DNA of 63,401 nt, filler included, from Octopus bimaculoides (GCF_001194135.2; 10 parts of 8 records of this genome joined end to end with filler, not necessarily neighbours in it); one strand, 5' to 3'. Counted from the whole stretch's first letter, positions 37,089 to 50,932 are shown. Numbers and translations: made by a program. Notes: generated from the letters alone by a model not told the origin.

Positions 37089-38859
37089 TTATTTCTAGTG
37101 AATTAATGCTTCATCTCCAAAATGTTGACTAAGATGAAAGCAACAGAGGAAATGTTTGCAATTAGCTTTTATGTATATATGTATTTACCTATTTCAGGTT
37201 ACTTAGGACAGGAAGGAAAAACTCCCCACCCCACTGACATTTATGGGGACACTAGAACTGATATTGGAAGGAGAAAGTAAAATGTCTCAACTCCTGGGTT
37301 GTGTTAGTTGGCAACAGTGGATCAGGGTTTAGTCTTGAACCACAGGTCAGGTTCAAATGTTTGTATAAGTAATCCCTCTCAAATGTACTGAGTGTGGTCA
37401 GAAGTTGTTAATTGCTACTATTTATGTGAGTCACCTTACAATGCAAGAGAACAGTTTGAAGACCTCATCCGCATTTATGGTACTCAATCACGTCAGGCTT
37501 CTCACTCTTTCTCTCCCTCTCATCTTATATACTCACAGAAGTATTTTAATTTTGCACTTGGCAGTTATTAATGGCTGTTTAATATAGTCTCGTCATCGCT
37601 TTCGGTAATCATACCTACCATCCTATTGTTCCTTTTTACAGTTTACTTGATTAGGTCCTTGTCATAGGCACATTTCAGTGCTGATAATTAGATATGTTAA
37701 GTGGTTTCGGCCTTTGAACATGCTATTGTAATGTTTTACCTTATAAAATGACTGTAATTAAACATTAACTGAAGAGTTATTTCCCTTCGAATGACGGTTT
37801 CCTATGAATGCATTCCCCACTTTAATTTACTACGAAAAATATTAAATATCTATATAAAGTCATAAAAGAAAATAGAAACAGCAACCCTCTGACAGGAAGT
37901 GAACCATGTATCTGTCACTTGGTTAACTACTTTAATACATTTCCCAAACTTTCTCTTTCATGATATGTTTCTGATATTTTCGCTCTGTCTATGTCTTCAG
38001 TATTTGTTTTATAATCTATTGTTCCTTGCAAGAGTTTGAGTGTGATAACTTTTATGAGATATTTGAAAATAATATTTTTCCTGGAATATTGTTCAGCTTC
38101 TTGGATTTTTCTGTTCTGTCCAGGTGAAAACAGGGTCTCTGGTGCTCTTTTGTAATTTGTTATCTTTCAACCATTTCTTTCCAAATACAATTTGTTAACT
38201 TGTAATAATCTCTCTCTCTCTTTCTCTCTCCAAAGCCATAGATGTTGGCTGATCCAAAGTATGCCCACACCTTCAAATGTCAGAAATTAAACTGAATCGC
38301 TCTCATGATAAACAATGTCTTACTGTGTATTAAACACGTATCTTGTTCGCGTTTTTTCTGTCCCTTCCCCTTACATAACAGGTAACTATGAGTACGCAGA
38401 TTATCTGATATGGAAGGGAAAGTCACAACAATGACACTTATAATTAATAAGAGTTACATTTCTTGAAAACAATTATAAGCAGCATTTGAGCAGTACACGT
38501 GGCAAAACACTAAGGATTGGATAAAAAGACAAAAATAATCATGGGTGTGAAACTTGTGCACAATCTTTCTTGTCACTTGCAGGTAGAGATATTAACTAGC
38601 TACCAAAACAGTACCACTGAAAATCCCCTTCTTGCCTGTCTCCAAACCTTAGGGTTGTCACTACTAAATCTAGGCATGATGAAAGGTAGGCCTAGAGCAG
38701 GAAAAAAGTAGATGTGTGATATGTAAATGAGGTAAGATGAAAAGGATCCTTGGCCAAAGTCATCAGCAGGAAAAAAAATAGTAGGTAAGTGACTGTAATG
38801 GAGTGGGTAATGTAAGCAAATTCTTAGCTAAGAAATGATTAGATGAAATGGTTGAGATG

Positions 38860-39353
38860 TAGCTGTGTGGTAAGAAGCTTGCTTCCCAACAGCATGGTTC
38901 CAGGTTCAATCCCACTGTGTGGCACCTTGGGCAAGTGTCTTCTACTATATAATTCTTTATTGCCCACAAGGGGCTAAACATATAGGGGACAAACAAGGAC
39001 AGACAAAGGGATTAAGTTGATTACATCGACCTCAGTGCGTAACTGGTACTTATTTAATCGACCCCGGAAGGATGANNNNNNNNNNAGACAAAGGGATTAA
39101 GTTGATTACATCGACCTCAGTGCGTAACTGGTACTTATTTAATCGACCCCGGAAGGATGAAAAGCAAGGTCGACCTCGGTGGAATTTGAACTCAGAACGT
39201 AGTGGCAGACGAGATACCGCTAAGTATTTTGCCCGGCGTGCTAACGATTCTGCCAGCTCGCCGCCTTCTATATTTGTGTCTTCTACTATAGCCTTGGGCC
39301 AACCAAAGCTTTGTGAGTGGATTTGGTTAACGGAAACTGAAAGAAGTCTATCA
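38860..39353 (+). mobile_element. SINE B split by an antisense SINE A insertion with a 15-bp duplication
   Basis: gtgtcttctactata at 38935-38949 and 39276-39290 flanks a family A copy; the family B sequence resumes after it. Confidence 0.85.
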
Positions 39354-39635
39354 TATGTGTGTGTGTGTGTGAATCACAAAAGAAACATGATTTTTTTTCA
39401 AATGTAAGTGTAAATATTCCAAGACATGCTGGTTTATGGTTGAGACCCAAATTGCAGGTAACCTTTCAACTTTCCTTGAAACAAGATGCCACAATTCAGC
39501 TGCATTGAATACCGTGAGTGGCAGTCACAAACACTTGTCATAAAAATCGAAATGCATGTGCATCTCATGGAGGTTATGGGTATAAAAATCAACTTGAACT
39601 GCATTCCTGGCATTCATAATTCAGACGCATCAGGT

Positions 39636-40110
39636 ATGACTTGATTATCAGCAGCACAGAGAGAACAAGCTATTGACCAATTCCAAGCAGAGTAGTGTGC
39701 CCTGGTTATTGCGAAAGCTTACAATGTCCATGTCAGCACCATCTGTCGCCTGCAACAGCGATACAACACCAACAACACTATAGACTGCGCCCTCGGGTGA
39801 CCACGCCCTCGGGTGACCACGCCCAGGCAGGACCATTTCATCCACCTGCAACACCTCCATGATCGCTTCAGACCAGCCAGTGTGACAGCTCGTGAGACCA
39901 TTAGCACTGAACTGTGACCTATCAGCAACGACATGGTACAACATTGGCTGGCCACCTGCATTGCCATCGTCCTGCTCAAGGGCCTGTCCTCACTGCCCAC
40001 CACCATCAGGCATGACTACAGTGGGCTACACAGCACTGACATTGGTGGCATCAACAATGGAGGTCGATAGTCTTCTCTGGCGAGAGCCAGTACTGCACTT
40101 CCAAATAGAG
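39636..40110 (+). pseudogene. Tc1-family transposase remnant (N-terminal HTH to first catalytic region)
   Basis: MT*LSAAQREQAI...VHVSTICRLQQRY...PRVTTPRQDHFIHLQHLHDRFRPASVTARET and GPVLTAHHHQA*LQWA...WRSIVFSGES. Several stops. Confidence 0.85.
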
Positions 40111-40261
40111 CCAGCAACACACTTCCAAAGACATAACACTGTTTTATTCGAAGTAGCTTGTATTTTTGTGAATGTATACTGAGCCAGTATGTGTAAATGT
40201 ATGTATAGATTTGTATTTGTGAGCATGTGAATATATATATACATTTTCTGATTTATGTGTG

Positions 40262-40294
<33 letters not shown>

Positions 40295-40392
40295 NNNNNN
40301 NNNNNNNNNNNNNNNNNNNNNNNNNNNNNNNNNNNNNNNNNNNNNNNNNNNNNNNNNNNNNNNNNNNNNNNNNNNNNNNNNNNNNNNNNNNN

Positions 40393-40433
<41 letters not shown>

Positions 40434-40486
40434 TATTACACACACACAGATATATATTCATGTATGTACTGATATGTGTGTGTATA

Positions 40487-41329
40487 CACAGGGTGAGTTT
40501 GACAGTTTTTGTAAAGGAAAAATAAAATACAATATCTCACCCAAATATAACTAGATAACAGTTTACTCAAAGTAGCTGCCCTCAGCTGCCACTATGACCT
40601 CAAGACAGCTCTAAAATCTGACACACGTGTTCCTCACTGTGTCTCTGGGAAGATCTTCAAACTCCTCCTTGATTTTGGCCACCAGCTCAGCCTTGGTGTT
40701 GCTGGCAGAGCAGTTGGTGTCTTTCTTAACTATTCCTCACACATTATAATCCATAAGATTATAATTGAAGGAATTAGGAGGCAAGAAATTAGAGCTGGTG
40801 AAATTGTACAAATTCTTTGACCACTTTTGACTCTTTCTGGAGCTGCCCTCAGCTTCCTCTATGTCCTCAGCAAGGAGTTGAATCATGTTGTCACACACAT
40901 GACCTTCCAGCAGCAACCTTCTCCAGCCAGGGTTTGACCAAAGTCTCCAACAACTTCACATAGCTGTCTTCATTGAACCTAAGGCCTACTCATCAGTTGG
41001 TGGATGAACTCTGGTGCATGGACACAGTGAGAATGCCTGCTGTGTCCCTTCCTACTGAATACAGCTTTGCAGTCTCTATTGCACCTGTCCATGTCATTTC
41101 TTACAACCTTTATAATGTCAACAGAGCATTGAGCAGTAGTAGTGACGTCAGCATTTTGACACCCAGCATGAATCATCAAGATACAAGTAACTCCATGTCA
41201 GCCAGCTCTTCCTCAACTACAACTTTAATCTTTATATTTTCCAATGCCATTGACTTTTCACCAATACATTATGCTGTTCCTGAAAAAAGAAGACATAAGA
41301 ATTATTAAATTTATCCTGAACACCCTATA
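40487..41329 (-). mobile_element. Internally deleted maT/DD37D-like Tc1/mariner element
   Basis: Minus frame YVKLLETLVKPWLEKVAAG...PPNSFNYNLMDYNV*GIVKKDTN...TKAELVAKIKEEFEDLPRDTVRNTC...AEGSYFE* (stop 40563-40565). Degenerate CAGGGTG-type TIRs near TA at both ends. Confidence 0.8.
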
Positions 41330-41726
41330 TGTATGTGTGTATATGTGTGTATGTACGTATGTAATGTGTTTTTCTGTGCATTTACAATGTATATTTGTGT
41401 ATATGTGCATGAATATAGGTGTATGTTTTGTAATGTATCAATGAATACATATTTACTAATGTAATCATATTTCTATCATAATGATGTTATTGTTATAGTA
41501 TTTATTGTTGTGATGCATGTATGGTCATTGATTGATTCATTCATTGAGCAGATATTACAACAGTGGTAATACAATTATTATATCATTACAGTGGAAACAT
41601 AGAATAAACATTAATACAACTACATGCATACGCACATAGTCACAATAGTAGAGATTACTATTTAGCTTTGTATCCGTTCTAAAAATTTTTCTTGATTTTC
41701 CTTATTTGGGACCATATGTACATCTG

Positions 41727-41914
41727 GCAGCTACCAGATGTGCCTATTGCAGCTACCAGATGTGCTTATTGCAGCTACTAGATGTGACTCTTGCAGTAAC
41801 CAGACGTAACCTTAGCAGCAACCAAATGTAAGTCTAACATCAACCAGATGTAAGTCTAGCATTGACCAGCTGTGACTCTAGCATCGACCAGATGTGACTC
41901 TAGCAGCTACCAGG
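41727..41914 (+). repeat. 22-bp minisatellite, about 8.5 diverged units
   Basis: Consensus near gcagctaccagatgtgactcta. Confidence 0.9.
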
Positions 41915-43288
41915 TAGCAACAAGCTAATGCTAGAAACCTTTATGTTGTCACTTAACATGCTAGGTTGCACTCTATCATCTAACAAAGGGGAAGATGTAG
42001 TGCTGGATATCTTAAGAAAGTGAGGTGGTCATGATTTCAGGCCTGCTGGATGGAGGATGACTTGGGGTTAAATAATAATAACAACCAGATGGCAACAAAG
42101 AAAAATGAGCAACTCATAATTGGTGCAATGAATGTGATGTTTCCAAGTACTCGATGCTGTTATGTACTCAATGTTATGCAGTGTACATTATTCAGTGGAG
42201 TTAATTTCTGATCAGATGTCCTTTACTTGTAAGATACATTAATTCATGAGTTGCAGTTCGTCTGCCCTTGCAATTAGTGATTTTTATCCTAGTACAATGT
42301 TTGGGGCTTATGCAATATCCATATATTGCAGCTATTTGCATTAGGTCGTCAAGTGTGAAATTTGTAGAATAGAAAAAATGTTTGTTAATGTTTTATAAAT
42401 ACAAGGAATAGTTTTATTCATGAAAGTATGCACCCATATTGTCAATACACTTTTGCCATTTTAGCAGTAGCTTGTCTAGCCCGGAACTGTAAAAGCCTGG
42501 CAATCTAGAGTCNNNNNNNNNNNNNNNNNNNNNNNNNNNNNNNNNNNNNNNNNNNNNNNNNNNNNNNNNNNNNNNNNNNNNNNNNNNNNNNNNNNNNNNN
42601 NNNNNNNNNNNNNNNNNNNNNNNNNNNNNNNNNNNNNNNNNNNNNNNNNNNNNNNNNNNNNNNNNNNNNNNNNNNNNNNNNNNNNNNNNNNNNNNNNNNN
42701 NNNNNNNNNNNNNNNNNNNNNNNNNNNNNNNNNNNNNNNNNNNNNNNNNNNNNNNNNNNNNNNNNNNNNNNNNNNNNNNNNNNNNNNNNNNNNNNNNNNN
42801 NNNNNNNNNNNNNNNNNNNNNNNNNNNNNNNNNNNNNNNNNNNNNNNNNNNNNNNNNNNNNNNNNNNNNNNNNNNNNNNNNNNNNNNNNNNNNNNNNNNN
42901 NNNNNNNNNNNNNNNNNNNNNNNNNNNNNNNNNNNNNNNNNNNNNNNNNNNNNNNNNNNNNNNNNNNNNNNNNNNNNNNNNNNNNNNNNNNNNNNNNNNN
43001 NNNNNNNNNNNNNNNNNNNNNNNNNNNNNNNNNNNNNNNNNNNNNNNNNNNNNNNNNNNNNNNNNNNNNNNNNNNNNNNNNNNNNNNNNNNNNNNNNNNN
43101 NNNNNNNNNNNNNNNNNNNNNNNNNNNNNNNNNNNNNNNNNNNNNNNNNNNNNNNNNNNNNNNNNNNNNNNNNNNNNNNNNNNNNNNNNNNNNNNNNNNN
43201 NNNNNNNNNNNNNNNNNNNNNNNNNNNNNNNNNNNNNNNNNNNNNNNNNNNNNNNNNNNNNNNNNNNNNNNNNNNNNNNNNNNNNNNN

Positions 43289-43594
43289 ATAAGCAAAATG
43301 GAGCTATGGCAAAGAACGAATCAAGTTTTGATTAGGGAGCAAATATTTAAGAAAAAGTAGAAGTGGATTGGTAGCACAATTAGAAAGGACAAACCAAATG
43401 TAGCGAAAAGTGCTTTACAGTGGAATCTGGATGGATATAGAAAGAGGGGTAGGCCTAAGAACTCGTGGTGTAGATCAACACAAAAGGAACTAGAGAAAGG
43501 GGGACATTCATGGCAGAGTATAAGTACAGGAGCAAAAAATTATGCGACATGGAATTCAATTATAAGTGGCTTATACTCTGCATTGGAGGGTTAA
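43289..43594 (+). mobile_element. RTE-clade LINE ORF C-terminus
   Basis: ISKMELWQRTNQVLIREQIFKKK*KWIGSTIRKDKPNVAKSALQWNLDGYRKRGRPKNSW...GLYSALEG* with one internal stop. The upstream part lies in an N gap. Confidence 0.9.
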
Positions 43595-46449
43595 AGGCAA
43601 GAAAGAAAAGATTATGTTGAGTATATTGAGGACTTCCTTGGTGATGGAGGGATGGTGTTGCTAGTTGTCATTTGTTTTGGTATTTAGTTAACATGTTGAT
43701 TTTATTTTGAATGTCTGCAGTTCAAGTGTTTTATGTGTTATTTCTAGCAGCTGTATAGTGGCTCCTTCACTGGTACATCACAGATCCAATTTACCACAGC
43801 AGTGTCATCTGCAAATTTGAAGTTATTGGTAGTGGATATGGACATAGTCACAGCTAAAGAATGTGTAAAATAAGGTTTCAGCTCTGGTATTTAGAAGAAA
43901 AGGTGTAGTTGCCTAATATTATAGATTCATAATTTTTCTTTTATTGATTTCTTGGTCAGAAAATTCAAAATCCATTTGTAGAATACTGTTGTCAAATCAT
44001 GATGCTTTTATTTTAACTTTGTTGTAAAGAAGCCTACACACAGCATTTTGTGTTTATTCCTCACTTGCAGGTGTGGTCAGAACACTGTAAATGGCAATAG
44101 AGACTGCTGCTAGACCAAATATGAAACAAGCTGTACAACAGTAACACCTAATTTGGTACCTTTATTCTAGTCATCAATATTCTCTAAAAATATACCCTAC
44201 ATCTGCAAACTATATTTCTAATGTTTAATATCCTTGCAGCTTATTATGCATTTTCCCCCAAAAGATCTTTTCTATATGTTGGCTGTTTAGCCCCAAGTCA
44301 GATCTGACTAAACAGACCCATAAATGTTATATCATGTGATCACACATGTTCACACATTTTTTATTGTCTAAAATAGTTTCCAAATCAATAATATTTATTG
44401 ATATCATTTTCTTGTGTTAGGATGGGCAACCAACTATGAAATCTATCAAATTACACATGCTTGGATACATAAATTTCTTTTTCACCTACACATTTTATCT
44501 ACATGCATTTTGACATCTACTGGTAGCCTGTCTTACTCTTATCATTTTGAGTAAAGGCATTTTTATTTATGAGTCGTTTCAAATTTAGTTTAGATCCAAC
44601 CAGTTTTCTTTCCATTCTGTTTTAAAAAAAAAACAAAAGACAAATATTGAAAACATAAACAAGTATTTATGTAAAATGTTGAGTTTGAGCCTCCCCCCCC
44701 CCCTTTCAAATGGAAATGGTTAAATTTTAAAAATTGGAAAAATATTCAGCTACAAAAAGAATCTTTGGAATTAATTACATTCTCTTTGTTGTATAAAATC
44801 TTCCTGTTTGGGATGATCTAGAATTATAGTTATTTTCATCATTTTGTATTAATTCTGTCTGTCTCTCCTTTCNNNNNNNNNNNNNNNNNNNNNNNNNNNN
44901 NNNNNNNNNNNNNNNNNNNNNNNNNNNNNNNNNNNNNNNNNNNNNNNNNNNNNNCTTCATAGGAAAAAATAACTATTTTCTACTGCAAATAAATATAGAC
45001 TAATTATTTCATAATTTTCTTTTAAATTAACTAATGATTTATGTATTTTAAGATAATTTATCTCAAAAAAAAAAGGAAAGTTATTTCCAGGTAATCATTT
45101 TTCTTTCTTTTTTCTTTTTAATGTATTTATTTTCCAATTTACAAGATAGCATTAGATAAATTCTTGTGCAAGTTAATGAGTATGTACTTTATTGACTCAC
45201 AGGAGTGGTATTATAACTGAATTAACATGATTTATTAGCTTGTTGTATTGACATCAATTCCTGTAATAATATTGGTTATCAGTTGAAACTTTGTTCCTTC
45301 AGTAGAATACCAAGTAATCTAAGATAAAAGGGCTGCCAATTGGTACCTTAAGGCGATTTCATAAGAGCAAAGAGGTAACAAACTGAAAAATGTTTTAAAA
45401 AAAACAAGAATAGTACAGTCTACAATGTTGGCTGAGAAGAAGTCAATGAGAAAAGACCTCTGATAATAAAAACTCAAACTTTTGTGAATGTTGTTACGAA
45501 TTATAGTGGTCACAGAAATGTATGTACATGTTTAAGACCAGTTACTATATGTACTATAGATCTGAAAGATGGTGATAAATGAGAGATTCATTAGCACATT
45601 GGATAGAATGCATTTGCTCTGCATCTCTTCACTCTGAGTTCAGATCCCACCAAAGTCAATTTTACTTTTCATCTTTCTGGAGTTGATAAAGTACCATTGC
45701 AGAGAAGTGAATTGGCAGATTGATAGAGCATCAGACAAGATGTATTTTGGTATTTGTTTCTGTTGTTTGTAAGACAAGATATGTTGCAATGGTTATTTGT
45801 GATTTTTTTGGTTTTGGGATCAAATTCTGCCTTCTCTTACTGGCCACCTCATGGAGGAAAATAAATCCTTCAAGCTTGGCTCATGATGATAGCCGTCCTC
45901 TGTCAGATGCAGGGATGGATTAGTTAGGAGTAACATCTTAAGTGCATTCATGAAACAAGAATATAATACAAAAGTTGGAATTAATGGTGCCATAAGTACA
46001 GGCATGATTGTTGTGGTAAGAATTTTGCTCCTCAACACATGGTTCTGGGTTCAGTCACACTGCATGGCACCTTGGACAAGTGTCTCCTACTATAGCCTCA
46101 GGCCAACCAAAGCCTTGTGAATGGATTTAGTAGACAGAAACTGAAAGAAGCCTGCATGTGTGTGTGTGGGTGGGTGTTTGTTCCTCACCATTGCTTGACA
46201 ACCAGCATTGGTGTGTTTATATCCCCGTAACATTTCAGCAAAAGAAACAATAGAATAAGTACCAGGCTTTAAAAAAGTACTAGTATTGATTCATTTGACT
46301 ACAATTCTTCGAGTTAGTGCCCCAGCATGGCCGCAGTTTAATAACAGAAAAAAGTAAAAGATAAAAAGACAGAAAAAAAATTCCATGGATTTTCAAGAGT
46401 TATGATACATAAATTTGGTTAGTTGTGTGAGAGAACAATACAATTATTT

Positions 46450-47240
46450 TAGACTAATTAGCCTAACTGAGTGATAGACTACTGAAGTATGTTAGACAGA
46501 ACACCAAATTTATGTTAGACTAATTTGGTTTGTTCGGTACCAAAATAGTTTAGTTAATGAGGCTGGTTGAATGATGGAACACTTAGATAAATTGGGTTAG
46601 CTGAATGACAGAAAACTTAAGTTGTTTGATAAATTAGGATAGTTGAGTGACAGAACAATAAAGTCGGTAGCTAATTATGTTACCTGATGGACAGAACACT
46701 AAAATTAAGATACATAATTAGGTTTGCTGAGTTAAATTAATTATGTTAACTGAGGTTAGCTGAGTGACAGAACAGTATAGTTTTGTTAGACTAATTAGTA
46801 AGCTGTTTGGCAGAACACTAAAGTTACATTCCATTAATTAATTTAGCTGTGGAACAGGACACTACCTGTTTAATTAGATGAACTGAGTAGCAGAACACTA
46901 TCATCAATTAGTTTAGTTGAGGGACAGAACACTAAACTTATGTTTGATTAATTAGATTAGCTGAGCGGCAAGAGACCAAAGCTATATTTTATTAATCAGA
47001 TTAGTGACAAAACACTAAACTTATGTTAGATTAATTACCCTAGCTGAGTGAGAGAACACTATAGTTTAGATTTATCATGTCAACTTTGACAAAATGTTAA
47101 ATATTTGTTAGATTATTAAGTTAGTTGGCATAAAGAATACTAATGTTATGTTTGATTGCTATAACTAAAGTAAATCAGGTGACAGAACTGATGTAGATTG
47201 ATATAATTAAACCAGATGAGAGGACAAAATTCTAAACTTC
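46450..47240 (+). repeat. Degenerate about 40-bp tandem array (roughly 19-20 units)
   Basis: Recurring ttagctgagtgacagaacactaaa.ttatgttagactaattag. Confidence 0.85.
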
Positions 47241-48469
47241 GCAATATTTTCATAAATGTCACCTATTACACTAGCCCCATACATCTTTTTTTTTTTTCAT
47301 AATATGTATTAAATGGAAGAAGAAGGACAACACCATCAATGAACCTATAATACTTTGCAGACTAGAAACCTGTGCTTATAACAGAGTGAACAGTGTGATG
47401 AATGATACCAACGATCAGCTAGAGCTGTCATTGACAATTAAGTCTGCCTCCCAAGACTAACCACAGTTAATTCCAGTTTTTGTCTATCAAATTTCTTTCA
47501 CAAAGGCTCCAGTGAACCTGAGGTGGCACCAGTAGACATCTACCCAAAATGACATACAGTGGTATCTAAACTAGAACTATCATCGTCCTCATTGTTTAAT
47601 GTCTGTTTTCCATGCTGGAATGGGTTGGACGGTTTGACCAGAGCTGGAAAGCTGGAGAGCTGCACCAGGCGCCAGTCTGATTTGGCATAGTTTCTACAGC
47701 TGGATGCTCTTCCTAACGCCAACCACTTTACAGAGTGTGCTGAGTACTTTTTGTGGCACCTGTCCAGTACTCTTGCCGGCCAATCTCATTCACCTTAACA
47801 CTTCTGGTGGCGGTTGTAGTAGTTCTGGGAGTAATAGTAGTAGTAGGAGGAGTGGCAGTCATGGTACTTTCTCCAAATGAACTTACCTGGCCATCACTCC
47901 TGGCTGGTTACCCAATGATGCTTTCAAAGAGACAGAAGACTTATCAAGCTATGTCACAATTCAAAAACCATGAAATGATGATGTATGTACATACATCATC
48001 ATCATAACATCCATTTTTCTATGCTTGCTTGGATCAGAAGAAGCTTATTGAGTCAGATTTTCTACTGCCAGTTCCACTTCCTGTCGTCAATCCTTACCCG
48101 TTTTCAAGTAAGGTGATATTTCCTCATAGCCAGACATGTTTTCAGACAATAAACAAATGACAGTGATACTCATTTACAACTATGATGCAATGTTAAGAGA
48201 AGGAAACAGATACATACATACATACATACATACATGCATGCAAGAAAGCATACATATATTTGTCCAACCCATGCCAGCATAGAAAACAGTTGTTAAATAA
48301 TGATGATATATATGCATACTTCTCAGCCTCATGTTTTCGGGCCCAAGGTGCCACTATGTAGCACCTATGGCAAGTGTCCTTTATGATGACCCCTGGGTCA
48401 GCTAAAGCCTTGTGAGTGGAATTGGTGGAAGGAAACTTATTTGCAAGCAGAGAGGTTGGCAGTTTCTTT

Positions 48470-48640
48470 TCTTAGCTCATTTGTACTCTGATGTTAATGC
48501 TGGGCTGACCATTAAATCATCCTCACTTCATTTCTTTCTAGTTTTCATCAGTCTTCTTTCATTCAAGGACCATGTCTCGCTACTATGCAATATTGAAGTT
48601 CTAACATAATCATCATACAATTTGCCTTTCATCCTGAGAG
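48470..48640 (-). mobile_element. RTE LINE RT-thumb fragment
   Basis: LRMKGKLYDDYVRTSILHSSETWSL matches the RTE K.+LY...VR..+L+GSETW motif. Confidence 0.7.
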
Positions 48641-49260
48641 TAAATACTTTGTTACTGGCAACAGTAACTCATTCTTAATCTAGCCACTATACTTTCACAA
48701 CAACCACCTCCTCTCCTAATTATGTTTCCTAGACAACAGAAGCTACCATTTAGTTCTTGTGGGCCTGAGCCATCAGGGCATTTAAGAGAATGTGTTTCTG
48801 GTGTACTCATAATATATATTGCTCCAGTACATCTGTGACATATGAAGTTTATTTATTCATTTGTTTTCAGGCATAGTGTATCTCAGATTAAATTACTGAA
48901 TGTGTCGTTCCTTTTGTTTTTAAAGATAGTAAAATGTTAGTTGAAAGATATCTCACTATTATTTATAGCTATTCCTAATTGAGTGATTGACACCATGGAG
49001 GTTTCTTTGGAGTACTTGTTATTGATGAAACACATTAGTAGAAAAGTAGAGTTTTAATGTCTGATAGAGTGATGACATTTGAAAGTATCAGAGCAAATCT
49101 ACAGTAGGTGTGCCTGTGTGGTATGACGTTTGCTTCCCAATCATATGGTTCTGCATTTAGTCCCACTCTGTAGCACCTTGGGGAAGTGTCTTCTACTATA
49201 ACTCTGGGCTGACCAAAGCTTTCTAAGTGGATTTGGTAGACAGAAATTGAAAGAAACTCA

Positions 49261-49289
<29 letters not shown>

Positions 49290-49306
<17 letters not shown>

Positions 49307-50221
49307 GGAAAATGAAAACTAATAAGGCAGAATGCTAAACTTAAAGCATATTTTAATATAGATTTCTAACCGGCTTTCATTGCATGGCAAATTTTCAAGA
49401 GGGAGAATGAAAATGTTTTTTACAAAAATGTAAAAAATGAAAAAAAAATAATATATAAAAAAATAGATATACCAATACATTATATTGTCTTTGAGCTTTT
49501 AAAGTTCAATGGTAATCCATGTAGATAATAGTTGGAAAAATAAGGATGCATGAAAATTGAGAATTGTGTTAGGTTTAAAAAAAGAGAAAAGGGGCTAAAA
49601 GTTTGTGTTAAGCAGGAAGTGTGGTGTCAAAACAGGACGTGTGTGTAAGGGGAGACAAATCTCTTTAGTTGTAGTTATGGACTCTTTGTCAACAGGAAGT
49701 TTATGTCTGTTCCTAGAGAAATAAGGTCACTGAGGGGTTTGTGTGTTAAGAAATGGTTGGAATTTCTCTATGAAAAGATTCTCCTTGTTGATTCTTTCTT
49801 GTGTGGAGATTCTGTCTTTACATTGATAGAAAGGGAATATAAGGAATTTAGGGTTTTTGTTTCTGGCGCAAGAGTCTATGTGGCCACTGAGTGGAATTTG
49901 GCTGTGTTGAGGGAGATTTATTTATTCTTTATGGATTGCTACTCTTCTACGCAACGGGAGGCTCGTCTATCCGATATAGAAGTGTTGGCAACCTGCACAT
50001 GTGAGGATATAAATGAGGTTCCCAGAGGAACAAGAGAAATTGGTTTTGATTTTAAATTTTGTTCCTCGTTTGAAGGTAAATTCAGAGCCTTCAAGTAGGT
50101 AGGGGCAGGTTCCACAATTAGGGCATGCACATTTTTTAACTGATGGGTGTGGAAGTGGTGTATATAGTTTGGCATTGGTTAAGAGTTTTTTCAAAGATTT
50201 GTGTGGAAAGATGAATGTCAA
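49290..50221 (-). mobile_element. Penelope-like element: GIY-YIG ORF with nonsense mutation plus 3' terminus
   Basis: CPNCGTCPYL...FSCSSGNLIYILTCAGCQHFYIG*TSLPLRRRVAIHK...KENLFIEKFQPFLN (49727-50221). TAG replaces Q in YIGQT. Confidence 0.9.
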
Positions 50222-50932
50222 AAGGAAGAACTAACTTCCCTTAATAACTGGGAAAACAACAAAAAATTCTTCCATAATTATGAAACACAATTCATATTAA
50301 ACCTCAAATCAAAAAACCCCTTCATAAAAGGACCCATAACATATACTACCACTGCTACCCACAACCACCACCCCAAACCACACCACAAACACACATACCC
50401 CCAACCCCCCTCCACACAAAAAATATCCTCCCTCAACCCTACAAAAACCCTTTTCCCCCATGAAATAATCCAAACAAGACCCAACTCAACCCTCCTCCTC
50501 CCCCATGGACAAGAAACATCATGAACCCTCCTTACACTTGTTATTATCCCCATTTCAATGCCCCCCACTCTCACACCAATAACAAACAAGGAATCCTACC
50601 CACACCTATGCATAAATCGCTCACCCAAGGAACCCCATACAGTTCACTCAACAAACACCCACAATCATACCACTTTTCCTACAGATCTTCATACCCACGC
50701 TACTCACACCAACAGAACCACTATAACTACCTACCCCACTCCAACCTCGCATACAATCCACCCTACAAACACCCAAAAACCCACCGCATTTCTCACAAAA
50801 CCTTAAACCATCATATCCCATACCAACACAATNNNNNNNNNNNNNNNNNNNNNNNNNNNNNNNNNNNNNNNNNNNNTTAATTAATTAANNNNNNNNNNNN
50901 NNNNNNNNNNNNNNNNNNNNNNNNNNNNNNNN

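Noticed and set aside
37378-37450. Single C2H2-like spacing KCTECGQKLLIATIYVSHLTMQ
   Set aside because: Second His absent, no neighbouring fingers or linker, and a stop just upstream.
37540-37590. Minus-strand ILNSH and AKCKIKILL resembling SULT motifs
   Set aside because: Different frames, stops directly after ILNSH, and spacing far too short.
44070-44142. Strong acceptor followed by AARPNMKQAVQ (kinase XI-like); also GSIPFAGMSRSTII at about 53970
   Set aside because: Isolated motifs, a stop immediately upstream of the first, and the wrong order for one plus-strand gene.
46450-47240. CRISPR-like appearance of the 40-bp array
   Set aside because: Spacers are not unique, there are no cas genes and the context is eukaryotic.
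49360-49405. Possible hammerhead relic at the end of the 49-50 kb PLE
   Set aside because: Core (CTTGAAAA) and stems I and III are too degraded to support a call.
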